64,000 nucleotides of DNA from a virus: positions 1 through 64,000 of the IMG/VR virus record IMGVR_UViG_3300025881_000010; one strand, written 5' to 3'. The position numbers and the translations under genes were made by a program. Below the pieces are notes generated by a model. It saw nothing but the letters and a program-made list of their open reading frames with translations, searched no databases and was not told the DNA's origin. Of the stretch, positions 26,759-36,961 are shown piece by piece (within the stretch, counting starts at the first letter, position 1; each line of letters opens with the position of its first letter).

Positions 26759-29700
26759 TTATTGGTGGCTAAATCTAAGGTGGTTTATAATTGCTAAGAT
26801 ATCAACTTTATTTTTGTTTAAGCTCTCTGCAGTAACTTCAACATATACCCAATTACCTCTAAGGTCTGCATATTCTTCAGGTATCTCACTTTCATTCTTA
26901 GCTGGTATAGTATGATTCCCTTCTCTAATTTTGTACCATCCATGAGTACCAGGAACAATTCTATATTGTTTTAAACTTGATCTATAAATTACTTGTTTTA
27001 TTGGATAATCCAAAGAGGTAATTATAGAAATTCCTTTATGGATAAAAACTTTATCTAATTGAGCATTTACATAGAATCCTATCTTCAATTCTTTTTGCTC
27101 GCCAAATAAATTTAAGTAATCTCCTTCATTAAGTTCATGTAGCTTATTAGGGCTTCCGTTTACTGGAGAATAAATCTTCTTGTCAAAGTTAATATAAAGA
27201 TCGTTATTATACTCATATTCACCATTAAAGACATTCAACATTTCATTCAATGAAAGTAATATGGATTTTCCACTTTTAGTACGAATCCTAATATTACTTT
27301 CTTTCATCTCATGATCATAGTAAGCTTCAGTATCAATAATTGGATCCTTTTTAAACATTTCAAAATAATCCATGTGAAGCAATTTCATAGCTAACATAGG
27401 TTTATCTAATTTGATAAACTCTACATTTTTTTCATCAAAAAAGACAAATCCATAATCGCTTTCAGCTACAGCTCTACGTATAGAAGTTCCATAATCTGAA
27501 ATGATTCTATGACCATCTACAACTTGTCCAGAACCTTGTTTAATATTGATTGGTTGTCCTGATTGATCAGTAAGTATTCTATCAGTTCCTATATATATCA
27601 ATGAAGTTTGACCTTCTTGAATAGCATAGATTTCTTCTTTATGTCTAAAGATGTTAGATACATCACCTTTATTTTTTTCTAATTCAGCATAGAAATTATT
27701 AGGCTTGAACATTGTCCATGCATCATAGATCTCTCCAGCAATTTTTACATTTGAAACAGCAATTACATTTCCTAAATTAGGATCGTCTTTATACTGAAAT
27801 GGTTTTGGTATAAATTGCTTTAATGACTTAGAATTAAAGTATGCCGGATTGATCATTTCAGTTCTATTAATCTGAAAATTATGAGAACCTGAATCTTTGT
27901 AAAATTCATATCCATAAGTTTGCTTTGGCTCTACTTGCGTTTCTAAAACATTTACATAAGCCCAAGCTCCTTCTCTAAGCCATGTTTTAATTTCACCTTT
28001 AGCTCTACCACCTCCAGCATTATCAAATTCTATTTCTTCAATTTCATTTTCTCCGGAATCATTTTTTGTTCTTATGTTAAGCGTAACATAGGTATCAGCA
28101 CCACAGTCAAAAAATTGAGCTCCGCTATTTTTTGAGACTGGAATGGTTTTACTTAAAGGAATATATTTGTTATTGCTATAAGCTTGTTCAGTTCTACCAC
28201 CATACACAGCTTCTCTATTGTTCCTAAAAATATTTATCAAAGGATAAGTCTCATAAACAATATGATTGTTGATAGGTCCTCCTAATCTTATTTCTGAATC
28301 AATTTTATAGATATCTCCACCTATAAATTCATCAGTAAATAAATCTTCTTCTGTTTTAATTATTGTAGTAGGATAACCAGGAGAAGGAATTACATGATTA
28401 AAAAGATCAGCTCTAGGTCTTCCACCTTGTAAATCCCATCTTCTTTGATAATCACTAAAGAACCAAGGCATACAAGGAAGTACTACAGCATTATTAGAAA
28501 CATCGTGATTTATACCAAAAGCAGCTCCCGAGATTATTTCTCCACGATTTAAAGTTTCTGCAGCTTCTATAGAAAATTCTTTTTTAGCGTATTCTGTATT
28601 TTTAGCAAAAACAGAAACATTGATAAAGTAAGTTTCATGAGTACCACTTTCTCTATCTTCTCTAGCTCTTCTTGGTAATTCATCAGTATGATTATCTCCA
28701 GCTACTTCATTCTCTAAAATTTTTCTTGAGAACTTAGGATATATTTCTGGAGAAAAACCATTAAAGCCGCCATGTTCCATAATTGTTTTTGGAGAATGAT
28801 CAGTATTTAATTTAGATACTACAGATAACTTTGAAGTTTTTATATGTTGATCGGAAATCTTATTAAAATATAAGTCCGGAGAATCAAAATACATTAATCC
28901 TCTATGAGTAATTATACGTTCACTAGAACCATCACCTTCATAATTGAAGTTTTCTCCATTGGCATCATATTGTTGTAACCCTCTTTTTTCATAAACCGGA
29001 CCGCCGTAATAAGGAAGATTCCATTTGTTTTTTAAAGGAACTGGAACATCATAATGAATTGAATCGTTATTATGCTGCATCCTGTTTAAAGGCGCTGCAA
29101 TACCTTGACAAAGAATAGTTCTATCGTTCTCTGTTCTTTCTACATATAAAATTTGATACATAGAAATTAGATTTTGAATTTCACAGCTTAAACGAACTTC
29201 AAAATGCATTTTAATTCCATGACCATAAAGAATACCATTCTCTACGGATTGATTTACGTACTTCTTAGAAGTTATTACAGGATTTCCTTGATCATCTATG
29301 TAAGATATTAAATCGTTGATTTCAGGTATCATTAAATCACCAATAGGAATAGCAAAATATCTACTTGATGCAGTATCATAAGATTGAAACGATAATCGGT
29401 AGATCTCACCTTTCATATTATACTTCTCTCCTGAAGGTTTTATGTAATCTAATATAGGCCCGTTACCATCGTATTTAGATTGAGCTTGATTTAATAAAGG
29501 CTCTTTGAATTCTCTATAAGTAACTCTAATTCCATTTCCTTGATTGAAACCAATTGATTCAGCACCATGAATAAAATTAGATTGATTTACTCCAGGATCT
29601 AAAAATTTAATGTCATTTTGAAAAGTTTCAATGAATTGATCATTATTAGATTCAAAAACATAATTACTAAAATCAGTAGCTATATTTTCATCTAAATAGG

Positions 29701-31369
29701 TAAACAATAACTGACCGTTATTGTCTACTATTTTTAAGTTTGGAAATACCGCTGGAAAATAATTTTGTTCTTGTTCAGCGACAAGCCAAGCAATAACTCT
29801 AGATAATACATTAGTATATTCTTCAACTGATAAATTTGGAAAAGGGTATGTAATATCATTACCGGTAAGTTTATTTCTTAACGTTAAAGTAAACGGCCCG
29901 AAAGAAGAAATGTTATCATATTTCTTTTGACGAATTCTAATAAGTGGATTAGTATTCTTAGGATCTATAAATCTATAATTCCATGGTTCCGGATTCATGA
30001 TAGACTCAAAAGTATTTCCTTGAGCATCCCAGGCATGTAATGGTAATAGATATTCTAAATCTCCAATACTTGTAGGTATAGGAGAGTTTCTTAGTCCAGC
30101 TGGAATTAATTTATTTTTTTTAGAAGTGTAATCATTACAATATTTAAAAGTGTTCTTGAATTCAAGAATGTCTTGAATAGTTATGTTATCTGAGAATTGA
30201 GGTTCATTTCCTAAATGCTTAAATTCTACAACACTTCTTACTGGCTCCAGTCCTAAATTTTTAATACCTGTAGGAACACCTAAAGCCTCAAATTCTAATG
30301 CTATGCATTCAATTTGAGCTGAAGGTTCAGGATTAATAATATTGCATTTTATAGTAACTACTTTATCTGTAGTTTCATCAACATTTCCACCTCTATATTT
30401 TATAGCATCTTCTTCTGGAAGTATTGTGGCAAAATCTGAAAAAGGAGAGAATTCAGATACTTGTCCATTTTTAGAGATTATTCTATACAAGTACAAAGCT
30501 TTCATAGCTTTAAGTTGACCACCACTACTTATGTCTGAAACTATAGGCTGTAATAATACGTTGTCAAGAATTTGATTAAACTCTTTAGCGCTTCTACTAA
30601 ATAATGAAAGATCTTTAAGGTTTACTACTCTTCTTGGATTTACAGCATCACTATAATAAACTCGTTTATAAAATTCATTTTCTTCAACTCCCTCACAAGT
30701 AATCTTTCCATTTAGCGGCCAGTTTTGTGCTCCAGTCCAAATTCTAGTTCCAGTAAGATTTCCTTGACTATCTTTTTTGAAACTAATGATTGTATCATAA
30801 TATTCTAAATTACTGATAGGAACTTCCCCAATGTTTATTGAGCACAGTTCAAAGTTGGCAACATTAAATCTTTCTTTATAATATTCTCCAAAATCTAAAC
30901 TTACAGTTTCAGTATCAACTTCAGTATAGTTTACTTGAAAATCAGTAGGATCTTCTACCGGTTTGGTAATAGTATAGCAGCTTATAGATTGTTCGCTATT
31001 TTCAGATATCTTATTTCCTATAAATAATTTTTCTTGAGCTGCAGCACTATCAATTACTGTAAATGATTCAGCTATGATAACATCTTTACAAACTTGTTGT
31101 TCTGTAGTTTGTCCACTACCTGTAGGTTTTAAACATTTAGCAAAAATAATAGCCTCATCTCTAAAGGAATATACTCCTAACCATTTTACTATATCATCAT
31201 TTTGATAGACAAGCTTGCTACCCTTAATCGCACTAAACGAAAAAACTCCATCTCTTGAATAAATACGTCCATTCAAAGGATTAGAGTAGGTGTTTTTCTT
31301 TTCTATATTGTTGGTCAACTCTTTTGAGTAGCCGCCATCGAAAGTATTTTCGCGTGGAAAGTTTAACAT
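26759..31369 (-). CDS. tail muzzle / stabilisation protein (P22 gp10-like, crAss Tstab)
   Basis: 1536 aa; N-terminal NTFDGG..NGRI, VYYSD.VNP.R.VN, C-terminal DYG..FVFFD propeller-like region. Confidence 0.75.
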   Translation of the reverse strand: MLNFPRENTFDGGYSKELTNNIEKKNTYSNPLNGRIYSRDGVFSFSAIKGSKLVYQNDDIVKWLGVYSFRDEAIIFAKCLKPTGSGQTTEQQVCKDVIIAESFTVIDSAAAQEKLFIGNKISENSEQSISCYTITKPVEDPTDFQVNYTEVDTETVSLDFGEYYKERFNVANFELCSINIGEVPISNLEYYDTIISFKKDSQGNLTGTRIWTGAQNWPLNGKITCEGVEENEFYKRVYYSDAVNPRRVVNLKDLSLFSRSAKEFNQILDNVLLQPIVSDISSGGQLKAMKALYLYRIISKNGQVSEFSPFSDFATILPEEDAIKYRGGNVDETTDKVVTIKCNIINPEPSAQIECIALEFEALGVPTGIKNLGLEPVRSVVEFKHLGNEPQFSDNITIQDILEFKNTFKYCNDYTSKKNKLIPAGLRNSPIPTSIGDLEYLLPLHAWDAQGNTFESIMNPEPWNYRFIDPKNTNPLIRIRQKKYDNISSFGPFTLTLRNKLTGNDITYPFPNLSVEEYTNVLSRVIAWLVAEQEQNYFPAVFPNLKIVDNNGQLLFTYLDENIATDFSNYVFESNNDQFIETFQNDIKFLDPGVNQSNFIHGAESIGFNQGNGIRVTYREFKEPLLNQAQSKYDGNGPILDYIKPSGEKYNMKGEIYRLSFQSYDTASSRYFAIPIGDLMIPEINDLISYIDDQGNPVITSKKYVNQSVENGILYGHGIKMHFEVRLSCEIQNLISMYQILYVERTENDRTILCQGIAAPLNRMQHNNDSIHYDVPVPLKNKWNLPYYGGPVYEKRGLQQYDANGENFNYEGDGSSERIITHRGLMYFDSPDLYFNKISDQHIKTSKLSVVSKLNTDHSPKTIMEHGGFNGFSPEIYPKFSRKILENEVAGDNHTDELPRRAREDRESGTHETYFINVSVFAKNTEYAKKEFSIEAAETLNRGEIISGAAFGINHDVSNNAVVLPCMPWFFSDYQRRWDLQGGRPRADLFNHVIPSPGYPTTIIKTEEDLFTDEFIGGDIYKIDSEIRLGGPINNHIVYETYPLINIFRNNREAVYGGRTEQAYSNNKYIPLSKTIPVSKNSGAQFFDCGADTYVTLNIRTKNDSGENEIEEIEFDNAGGGRAKGEIKTWLREGAWAYVNVLETQVEPKQTYGYEFYKDSGSHNFQINRTEMINPAYFNSKSLKQFIPKPFQYKDDPNLGNVIAVSNVKIAGEIYDAWTMFKPNNFYAELEKNKGDVSNIFRHKEEIYAIQEGQTSLIYIGTDRILTDQSGQPINIKQGSGQVVDGHRIISDYGTSIRRAVAESDYGFVFFDEKNVEFIKLDKPMLAMKLLHMDYFEMFKKDPIIDTEAYYDHEMKESNIRIRTKSGKSILLSLNEMLNVFNGEYEYNNDLYINFDKKIYSPVNGSPNKLHELNEGDYLNLFGEQKELKIGFYVNAQLDKVFIHKGISIITSLDYPIKQVIYRSSLKQYRIVPGTHGWYKIREGNHTIPAKNESEIPEEYADLRGNWVYVEVTAESLNKNKVDILAIINHLRFSHQ

Positions 31370-31381
31370 AATTAAGGGGCT

Positions 31382-31900
31382 TTAAAATATCTTTAATCCA
31401 ATTCCGGCTCTAAGATTGAACTTATTAAGTTCGGATTGTCCTACTGTAAAAATATAAACTTTTTTAATGTCATAAGTCAATCTACCTCGAAGTCTAAAAT
31501 CATTTATCTTGGAAACATCAGTATCAGCTTCAACCTTAAATGTAAGTCTTGAAAATAGGTTTGAAGCTATTTTTATTTCTTCTTTAGAAATATCATCTAT
31601 CTCTTGATTACTGTCTTTTATAAAAGAAGTAAGCTCATTAATGCGATTAGAGAGAACTTTAGAAGTTTTAGCTAGTTGTTGTATAGTATTTTCTTTGACA
31701 GCTATCACGCTATCCTGATAGGCTACAACGACTAATAATCGTTCATATTCATCAGCCATTATTGAATAATCAATATAAGCTTCTGGTGCTACCTCAACTT
31801 TATTTGTTCTTTTGTTGTAGGAATCTTTGTCTTGCCCTTGGCAAACGATTAAGGGCAGTATCAAGACTGCGATTAACATAAATGATTTTTTCGTAAACAT
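31382..31900 (-). CDS. exported coiled-coil protein with C-terminal beta-strands; putative outer spanin-like
   Basis: Signal peptide, coiled coil, ends LRAGIGLKIF; overlaps upstream gene by ~100 nt. Confidence 0.5.
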   Translation of the reverse strand: MFTKKSFMLIAVLILPLIVCQGQDKDSYNKRTNKVEVAPEAYIDYSIMADEYERLLVVVAYQDSVIAVKENTIQQLAKTSKVLSNRINELTSFIKDSNQEIDDISKEEIKIASNLFSRLTFKVEADTDVSKINDFRLRGRLTYDIKKVYIFTVGQSELNKFNLRAGIGLKIF

Positions 31901-32150
31901 AGGGGCTGTATTTGATTTTAGAATTTTCTTCGAGTATAGAATCTATTTTTTTATTATAATCTTCAGTTACATCTTCTAACTCTTTAATGTAGTTGTCTCG
32001 TTCTACTTTTTTAAGCTCTTTTTTTTCTTTCAGAAAATCAAGCTTTTGTTCTGTGCTATCATCAAGATTTATTTTAATGATCACTCCCATTATAATAACA
32101 GCAATGATCAAAATTATAATTAGATAATATTTCCAGTTAAGTCTAAACAT
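31800..32150 (-). CDS. putative inner-membrane spanin (Rz-like)
   Basis: Single N-terminal TM plus coiled coil, near the endolysin. Confidence 0.55.
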   Translation of the reverse strand: MFRLNWKYYLIIILIIAVIIMGVIIKINLDDSTEQKLDFLKEKKELKKVERDNYIKELEDVTEDYNKKIDSILEENSKIKYSPYVYEKIIYVNRSLDTALNRLPRARQRFLQQKNK

Positions 32151-33138
32151 CTGTTGAAAGTGTTACACTATCATTGGCTGAAACTAAAGAGAGATCTTCA
32201 TTAATACTATTTAAGAGAATAGTTGTAGAACCTATTTCATTAGCATCATCTTTAATAACTTCATGAGTTACTTTAATATAAGCACTTCCGTTATCATCTA
32301 AGTTTGCTACTAAATTAAAAATTTCATCTGCTGATTTGATATCTTCGATTCCATTAACTTCCACATAAATATAACTTTGAGTACTTACTAAAATGGTATC
32401 TAAGAAGTCGGCATTGATAGTAACTTCAATTTCTGCAGTTCCATTTTGATAACCTTTAGTGATCATTACTTCGTAAACTTCTCTAATCACATCGTAGTTT
32501 ACAATTCCTCCAGCACCATCATCAAATTCTTCATTAGTAGTTGAGGTCTTAGTATCGATTAAATTTATCTCTGCAGAACTCATAACATTTACAGTGTAAT
32601 TGTAAATAGTTGCTTCTAAAGTTTTACCTCTTCCAACTTTATAACTTAGATTAAAATAAGGTTCACCACCACCAAATTCATTTACATTAAATGTTGCAGA
32701 TAATAAATCTGAAGTTTCAATTCTGTTTCCAGGAATCAACTTAATATTATTTAGCTTTAAATTTTTAACTCCATCAATAGCTGTTATCTCAATAAATTCT
32801 ACTCCAGAATTAAGCGGCAGCACTTCTAATAAAATCTTTTCATCTAAACTATTTAAAGTCTCTTCAAAATCTGCAGATGCCGGAATAACATCTGCATTTT
32901 TGAAAACTATATTTCCTACAGCTTCATTGCTGTCAAGATTTAAATTAGAATCATGAGTTTTATACATAAAGCTTTCACTTACGTAAAAATCATCAAGTGC
33001 ATCTATTCTTTTAAAATTCAATGTGCTTTCATCCTCGATAGGATAAAGCACATTTTGTTGAACAGGTATTAATCCTAATAAAGAAATGATCTTGTTCTCG
33101 TCAGGTAATTTGGTTATTTTAAAGTGAGTCGTTGCCAT
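32143..33138 (-). CDS. acidic beta-rich protein, probably structural
   Basis: 331-aa ORF in the late block. Confidence 0.55.
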   Translation of the reverse strand: MATTHFKITKLPDENKIISLLGLIPVQQNVLYPIEDESTLNFKRIDALDDFYVSESFMYKTHDSNLNLDSNEAVGNIVFKNADVIPASADFEETLNSLDEKILLEVLPLNSGVEFIEITAIDGVKNLKLNNIKLIPGNRIETSDLLSATFNVNEFGGGEPYFNLSYKVGRGKTLEATIYNYTVNVMSSAEINLIDTKTSTTNEEFDDGAGGIVNYDVIREVYEVMITKGYQNGTAEIEVTINADFLDTILVSTQSYIYVEVNGIEDIKSADEIFNLVANLDDNGSAYIKVTHEVIKDDANEIGSTTILLNSINEDLSLVSANDSVTLSTDV

Positions 33139-33210
33139 AATTTATTATTATCAATATCAGTAAAAGAATAGATGCTATTGTCAAAACTATTAAAGTTTTG
33201 ATATGCCTTT

Positions 33211-33756
33211 TCATCTATTATGAGGCAAAGTCTGAATAGAATTAGTTGCTCCATAAATGATGTTGTATTCTGGAATAGCATCAAAACTAGGACATTCTTT
33301 AATTCTTTCGTTAGACTGAATAACATTATCGTGATTTCTATCAGTAGAAAAATCTCTATGACCTAATACCATAAGATCTTTCTTAATATCCTTGCCATTA
33401 TCTCTGAGCCAGTAAACAGCTTCAGATATGCATTTATGAATACCTACTTTTTGTAAATCAGTTCTGGTATCTTCAGCAATATAAATTCCTGATTTTGATT
33501 TCTCATAATTGATACCACCAACATAAGAGATATGAATACATTGAGAGTTGAATCCACCAACTCCATTTGTTACTCTATTAAAATCATATAGCTCGGCAAT
33601 CTGACCACCTCTTTCTACAATACGATGATAACCTCCAGTATGCCATCCTCGGCCACCTTTAGTTTTAGGTCTTAAAAAATAATCTTCAACTGCAAGTGCA
33701 GATTTAAAACCTGCAGTACAGTGAATAACAATGTACTTAATCTGGGGGGCTCTCAT
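33211..33756 (-). CDS. endolysin, N-acetylmuramoyl-L-alanine amidase (T7 lysozyme/Amidase_2)
   Basis: IVIHCTA, GYH, ISYVGG, GHRD, KECPSFD zinc-binding motifs. Confidence 0.93.
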   Translation of the reverse strand: MRAPQIKYIVIHCTAGFKSALAVEDYFLRPKTKGGRGWHTGGYHRIVERGGQIAELYDFNRVTNGVGGFNSQCIHISYVGGINYEKSKSGIYIAEDTRTDLQKVGIHKCISEAVYWLRDNGKDIKKDLMVLGHRDFSTDRNHDNVIQSNERIKECPSFDAIPEYNIIYGATNSIQTLPHNR

Positions 33757-34408
33757 TTTCGTAGTCTTTTAAATGTTCATATGATTTGTTCTTTTTTTCA
33801 AAGATATCTTTACCTTCAAAAAATTTTAAGATTTTTAATTCAAATATTGCTTCAACAATAGTAAAGATAGAAGCTTTTTTGTCATAGATCACAGTGGAGT
33901 TCTCTCCAATGCTTTTAAACTCATAGTACCAAAATATAGCTACAGGAGCTTTACATAAAGCTTCTGTTGTAAAATCAAAAAAAGTTCCATTGTCTTCTAA
34001 TAGTTTTGTAACAAAATATAGATATCCAAGAAGCGACATACATTTAAAAAAAACGAACTGAAGTCTTTTTGCACTAAAAGCGTTTCTCTGCATTTTAGCA
34101 ATAAATAGATCTACTTGTTTTTCTTCAATCTCGGTATCTAAAGCTCTTTGTTCATAGTAACGAAATAAAACTTTACTTTTTCTTACTCCGTAATAAGTAT
34201 TAAAAAATACTGTCAAAAAAACTAAGGAAAGAACCATATTGGTAGTTCCAAAGTATTCTTGTTTCATAAAAATCTCTATGAATTCTCCACTTAAAGTAAC
34301 TCCTATTGCGGCAAATGTGGTTTTATATCCATTGGCGTAGGCTAAAGCACCAATTTTTTTTAACCACTGCGTAAGTAGTAGAATTCTTATACTGTCTGCA
34401 TTCAACAT
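33737..34408 (-). CDS. putative holin
   Basis: Several TM segments, YEFKSIGEN motif, directly upstream of the endolysin. Confidence 0.6.
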   Translation of the reverse strand: MLNADSIRILLLTQWLKKIGALAYANGYKTTFAAIGVTLSGEFIEIFMKQEYFGTTNMVLSLVFLTVFFNTYYGVRKSKVLFRYYEQRALDTEIEEKQVDLFIAKMQRNAFSAKRLQFVFFKCMSLLGYLYFVTKLLEDNGTFFDFTTEALCKAPVAIFWYYEFKSIGENSTVIYDKKASIFTIVEAIFELKILKFFEGKDIFEKKNKSYEHLKDYENESPPD

Positions 34409-34480
34409 ATTGGGGGCTGTTGGGGGGTTCGTATCTTATTGTTTTTTAATATAATGCTAATAATGAAAGCAGTACAGTAC

Positions 34481-35098
34481 TTATTTTAAAATGAACCATA
34501 AAAATGTGAATAAGATTAATAATAAAGGCCAGATAGGAGTCAGCATACATTTGAAACGATCTCCACCACTTCCAATTTGAAAAGTAAACCAAGAGTTAGC
34601 GTAAGAAATTCTACCGCATACAATACCTTTAGTTTCATAATAGATTACTCTCCATCCATAAAGCTTATCTCCACTATTGGACCATTTCATTTTATCAGCA
34701 TATTCATCTATATTATTAGGATCATTTAGATGTGCTGGATATAAAACATTGACTTTACTTTTATCTGAAGTTCCGGGTTGAGGATAAGAATTAAGATAGT
34801 TATCACATGGATTTCTTAACCACCAACGAATAGCACTCCAAGTACCAGGTTTTAATTTATATTTTATAAGCCACCATTCAGCGCCATAATCTCCATCTGG
34901 ACCATCATTTAAAAACGGTGAATGATCATTTTTACCCATATGGTGCTTACGATAAAAATCTATAAACACCATCAATGTAAGTACTCCAAAAAAGCTATAG
35001 GAGAACCACGCTAGTAGCACTCCTATATATTTTTTCCAATACTGTAATTTAATATCCACCATGTCCTGAAAAGAATATTGAAAGGGCAATGTAAACAC
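34481..35098 (-). CDS. membrane protein (WWLRNP motif)
   Basis: N- and C-terminal TM helices. Confidence 0.65.
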   Translation of the reverse strand: MFTLPFQYSFQDMVDIKLQYWKKYIGVLLAWFSYSFFGVLTLMVFIDFYRKHHMGKNDHSPFLNDGPDGDYGAEWWLIKYKLKPGTWSAIRWWLRNPCDNYLNSYPQPGTSDKSKVNVLYPAHLNDPNNIDEYADKMKWSNSGDKLYGWRVIYYETKGIVCGRISYANSWFTFQIGSGGDRFKCMLTPIWPLLLILFTFLWFILK

Positions 35099-35555
35099 CT
35101 ATTCCTGTTATTATAAAAGGCAATAATCCAAGAACAACATTTACGTTTTTCTTTCCATTAAATTTAGCATCATGCCATATTTTCAATTTTTTGTATTCTT
35201 CTTGATATCTAAAACCTTCAGGATAGGATTTATCTTTAATACCAATACCCGGTAATTTATTAAGCATCTGCCATTTTTGTTCTTTACTTCTAAGTTCTGC
35301 GTAGGTAATTGGATTTTTTCCAAAATATCCAATTCCAAACCAAGGAAAACCATAGTAAACAGGTATTGAAAATATAGCCCATATTAATAATAAAAGAAAT
35401 CCATTTTCAGTATAAAGACTAAGACATATACTAATGAACATTGCTATTAAACATGGAATTACAGCTCGTAAGTATTTACCTGTTGGACCTATGTTCTTTC
35501 CTAGAACTCTGGTTTCATAGCTTAGTGCAAAATATTTAATAAGGGAATTTCTCAT
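35049..35555 (-). CDS. membrane protein, ~3 TM
   Basis: Hydrophobic segments. Confidence 0.65.
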   Translation of the reverse strand: MRNSLIKYFALSYETRVLGKNIGPTGKYLRAVIPCLIAMFISICLSLYTENGFLLLLIWAIFSIPVYYGFPWFGIGYFGKNPITYAELRSKEQKWQMLNKLPGIGIKDKSYPEGFRYQEEYKKLKIWHDAKFNGKKNVNVVLGLLPFIITGIGVYIALSIFFSGHGGY

Positions 35556-36025
35556 TTTTCAATTTTTGAAGTTAAGGTTCTTAATGTGTAGTTGGAACGG
35601 TTTTGTTTATAAAAAATAATTTCAGTATCAGGACTGACTTTAAAATTTGATAATACAGAAGGTCTTTTTTCATTATCAATTTTACCTCCAGTAAGTAAAT
35701 ATATTTCTTGCCATATAGCTACTTGCTTAGTATAAGGAAAGCTATTTAATCGGCTATTGAGATAAATAGTTCCATCTTCAAAAGAACTAACAAATTCTCG
35801 ATCTTTATTTATTATCTGAATATTAGAAATCTTTCTAAGTATCGGTTCATAATTAAAGTTGCTTTCTTCCATGTTTGCTATAAATCTTTTTACAGCAATT
35901 TCACTAATACTATCAGGAGTATTGATCTGGTGTTGGATTTCTCCAGTAATTTTAACCATACCTTCAATTTGAGAGAATGAAGTAGCATAGATTAAAAAAA
36001 AGAAGAAAAAAAGTGGGAGCTTCAT
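35552..36025 (-). CDS. exported protein
   Basis: Signal peptide SFS|Q (Bacteroidota Q-rule). Confidence 0.6.
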   Translation of the reverse strand: MKLPLFFFFFLIYATSFSQIEGMVKITGEIQHQINTPDSISEIAVKRFIANMEESNFNYEPILRKISNIQIINKDREFVSSFEDGTIYLNSRLNSFPYTKQVAIWQEIYLLTGGKIDNEKRPSVLSNFKVSPDTEIIFYKQNRSNYTLRTLTSKIEK

Positions 36026-36089
36026 TTTTTCTAGGTTTTAAGTTAATTTTAAGATAAAGATAATAGAAAGAATTAAACCAACAATTATA

Positions 36090-36587
36090 CTATGTTGAAG
36101 CTTTTAAAATTGCAGAATTCAATTCTATTATTTTTATAGCTTGATCAATTTCAACTTGCACCGATTTATTACAATGGTCTTTTTCTAAAAATTCCAATAA
36201 TTTATATAATCTCATTCCAGATTTAGAAAGGTTATTTATTAAGTAATTCCATTGTATTACAGAGCTTATTCTTTGCCCAGCTATTCCAAAAGGAAACTGT
36301 TTTACCTCTTTAAGGAATAACCAATTAAAAACTCCTGAACCCGAAATGCATCCTAAAATATCGATACCAATAGCCACCATTTTTGCAAAGCTTCCATTGC
36401 TTAAAAGGATTTCTTTTGCTGAAAGTTTTCTACTCCATACGGTTATTAAGTAATGAGCAGCATTTGATAAGCACACAACCACAAAAACAAAGGCTGCTAA
36501 AAAAATTAAAAACACCCCTAATACAAACCGCCACACATTGGTAGCAGCTTCTTTGATCCAGTTTAAAAGGGGGGATAGTTTTTTCAT
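36090..36587 (-). CDS. membrane protein
   Basis: TM helix; ISS..L..LE.DHC motif recurrent in phage membrane proteins. Confidence 0.6.
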   Translation of the reverse strand: MKKLSPLLNWIKEAATNVWRFVLGVFLIFLAAFVFVVVCLSNAAHYLITVWSRKLSAKEILLSNGSFAKMVAIGIDILGCISGSGVFNWLFLKEVKQFPFGIAGQRISSVIQWNYLINNLSKSGMRLYKLLEFLEKDHCNKSVQVEIDQAIKIIELNSAILKAST

Positions 36588-36955
36588 TATTCAGTATCTA
36601 TTTCCCAATCGCTTGGATTAGTTCCATAATTATCTCCCGACTCTTGTTGTAGCTGAAGCATTACAAATTCTTCCAAACGCTGCGAGATGTTAGCGTATAG
36701 GTTTTGAGTATTATTAAGTGCTGGCAAATTGTTATTTTCTACCTGCTCTACAATTACCCATTGTTTTTGGGCATTACTTCCAAGATCATCAAGCTTTATA
36801 ATTTGTCCATTTTCATCTATGTAGTAGTAATAACCCTTAGGAGTAATGTTATTCTTATCTAAAAAAATACCATCAATAATTAATCTAACTATTGCTGTTT
36901 TGACTGCTCTAGGAGCAGGTATTTGAAACTCTGTTTTTGTTCTTAGTTTTAGCAT
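36587..36955 (-). CDS. hypothetical protein, possible tail-fibre chaperone
   Basis: Immediately downstream of the fibre genes. Confidence 0.5.
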   Translation of the reverse strand: MLKLRTKTEFQIPAPRAVKTAIVRLIIDGIFLDKNNITPKGYYYYIDENGQIIKLDDLGSNAQKQWVIVEQVENNNLPALNNTQNLYANISQRLEEFVMLQLQQESGDNYGTNPSDWEIDTE

Positions 36956-36961
36956 GATTTT

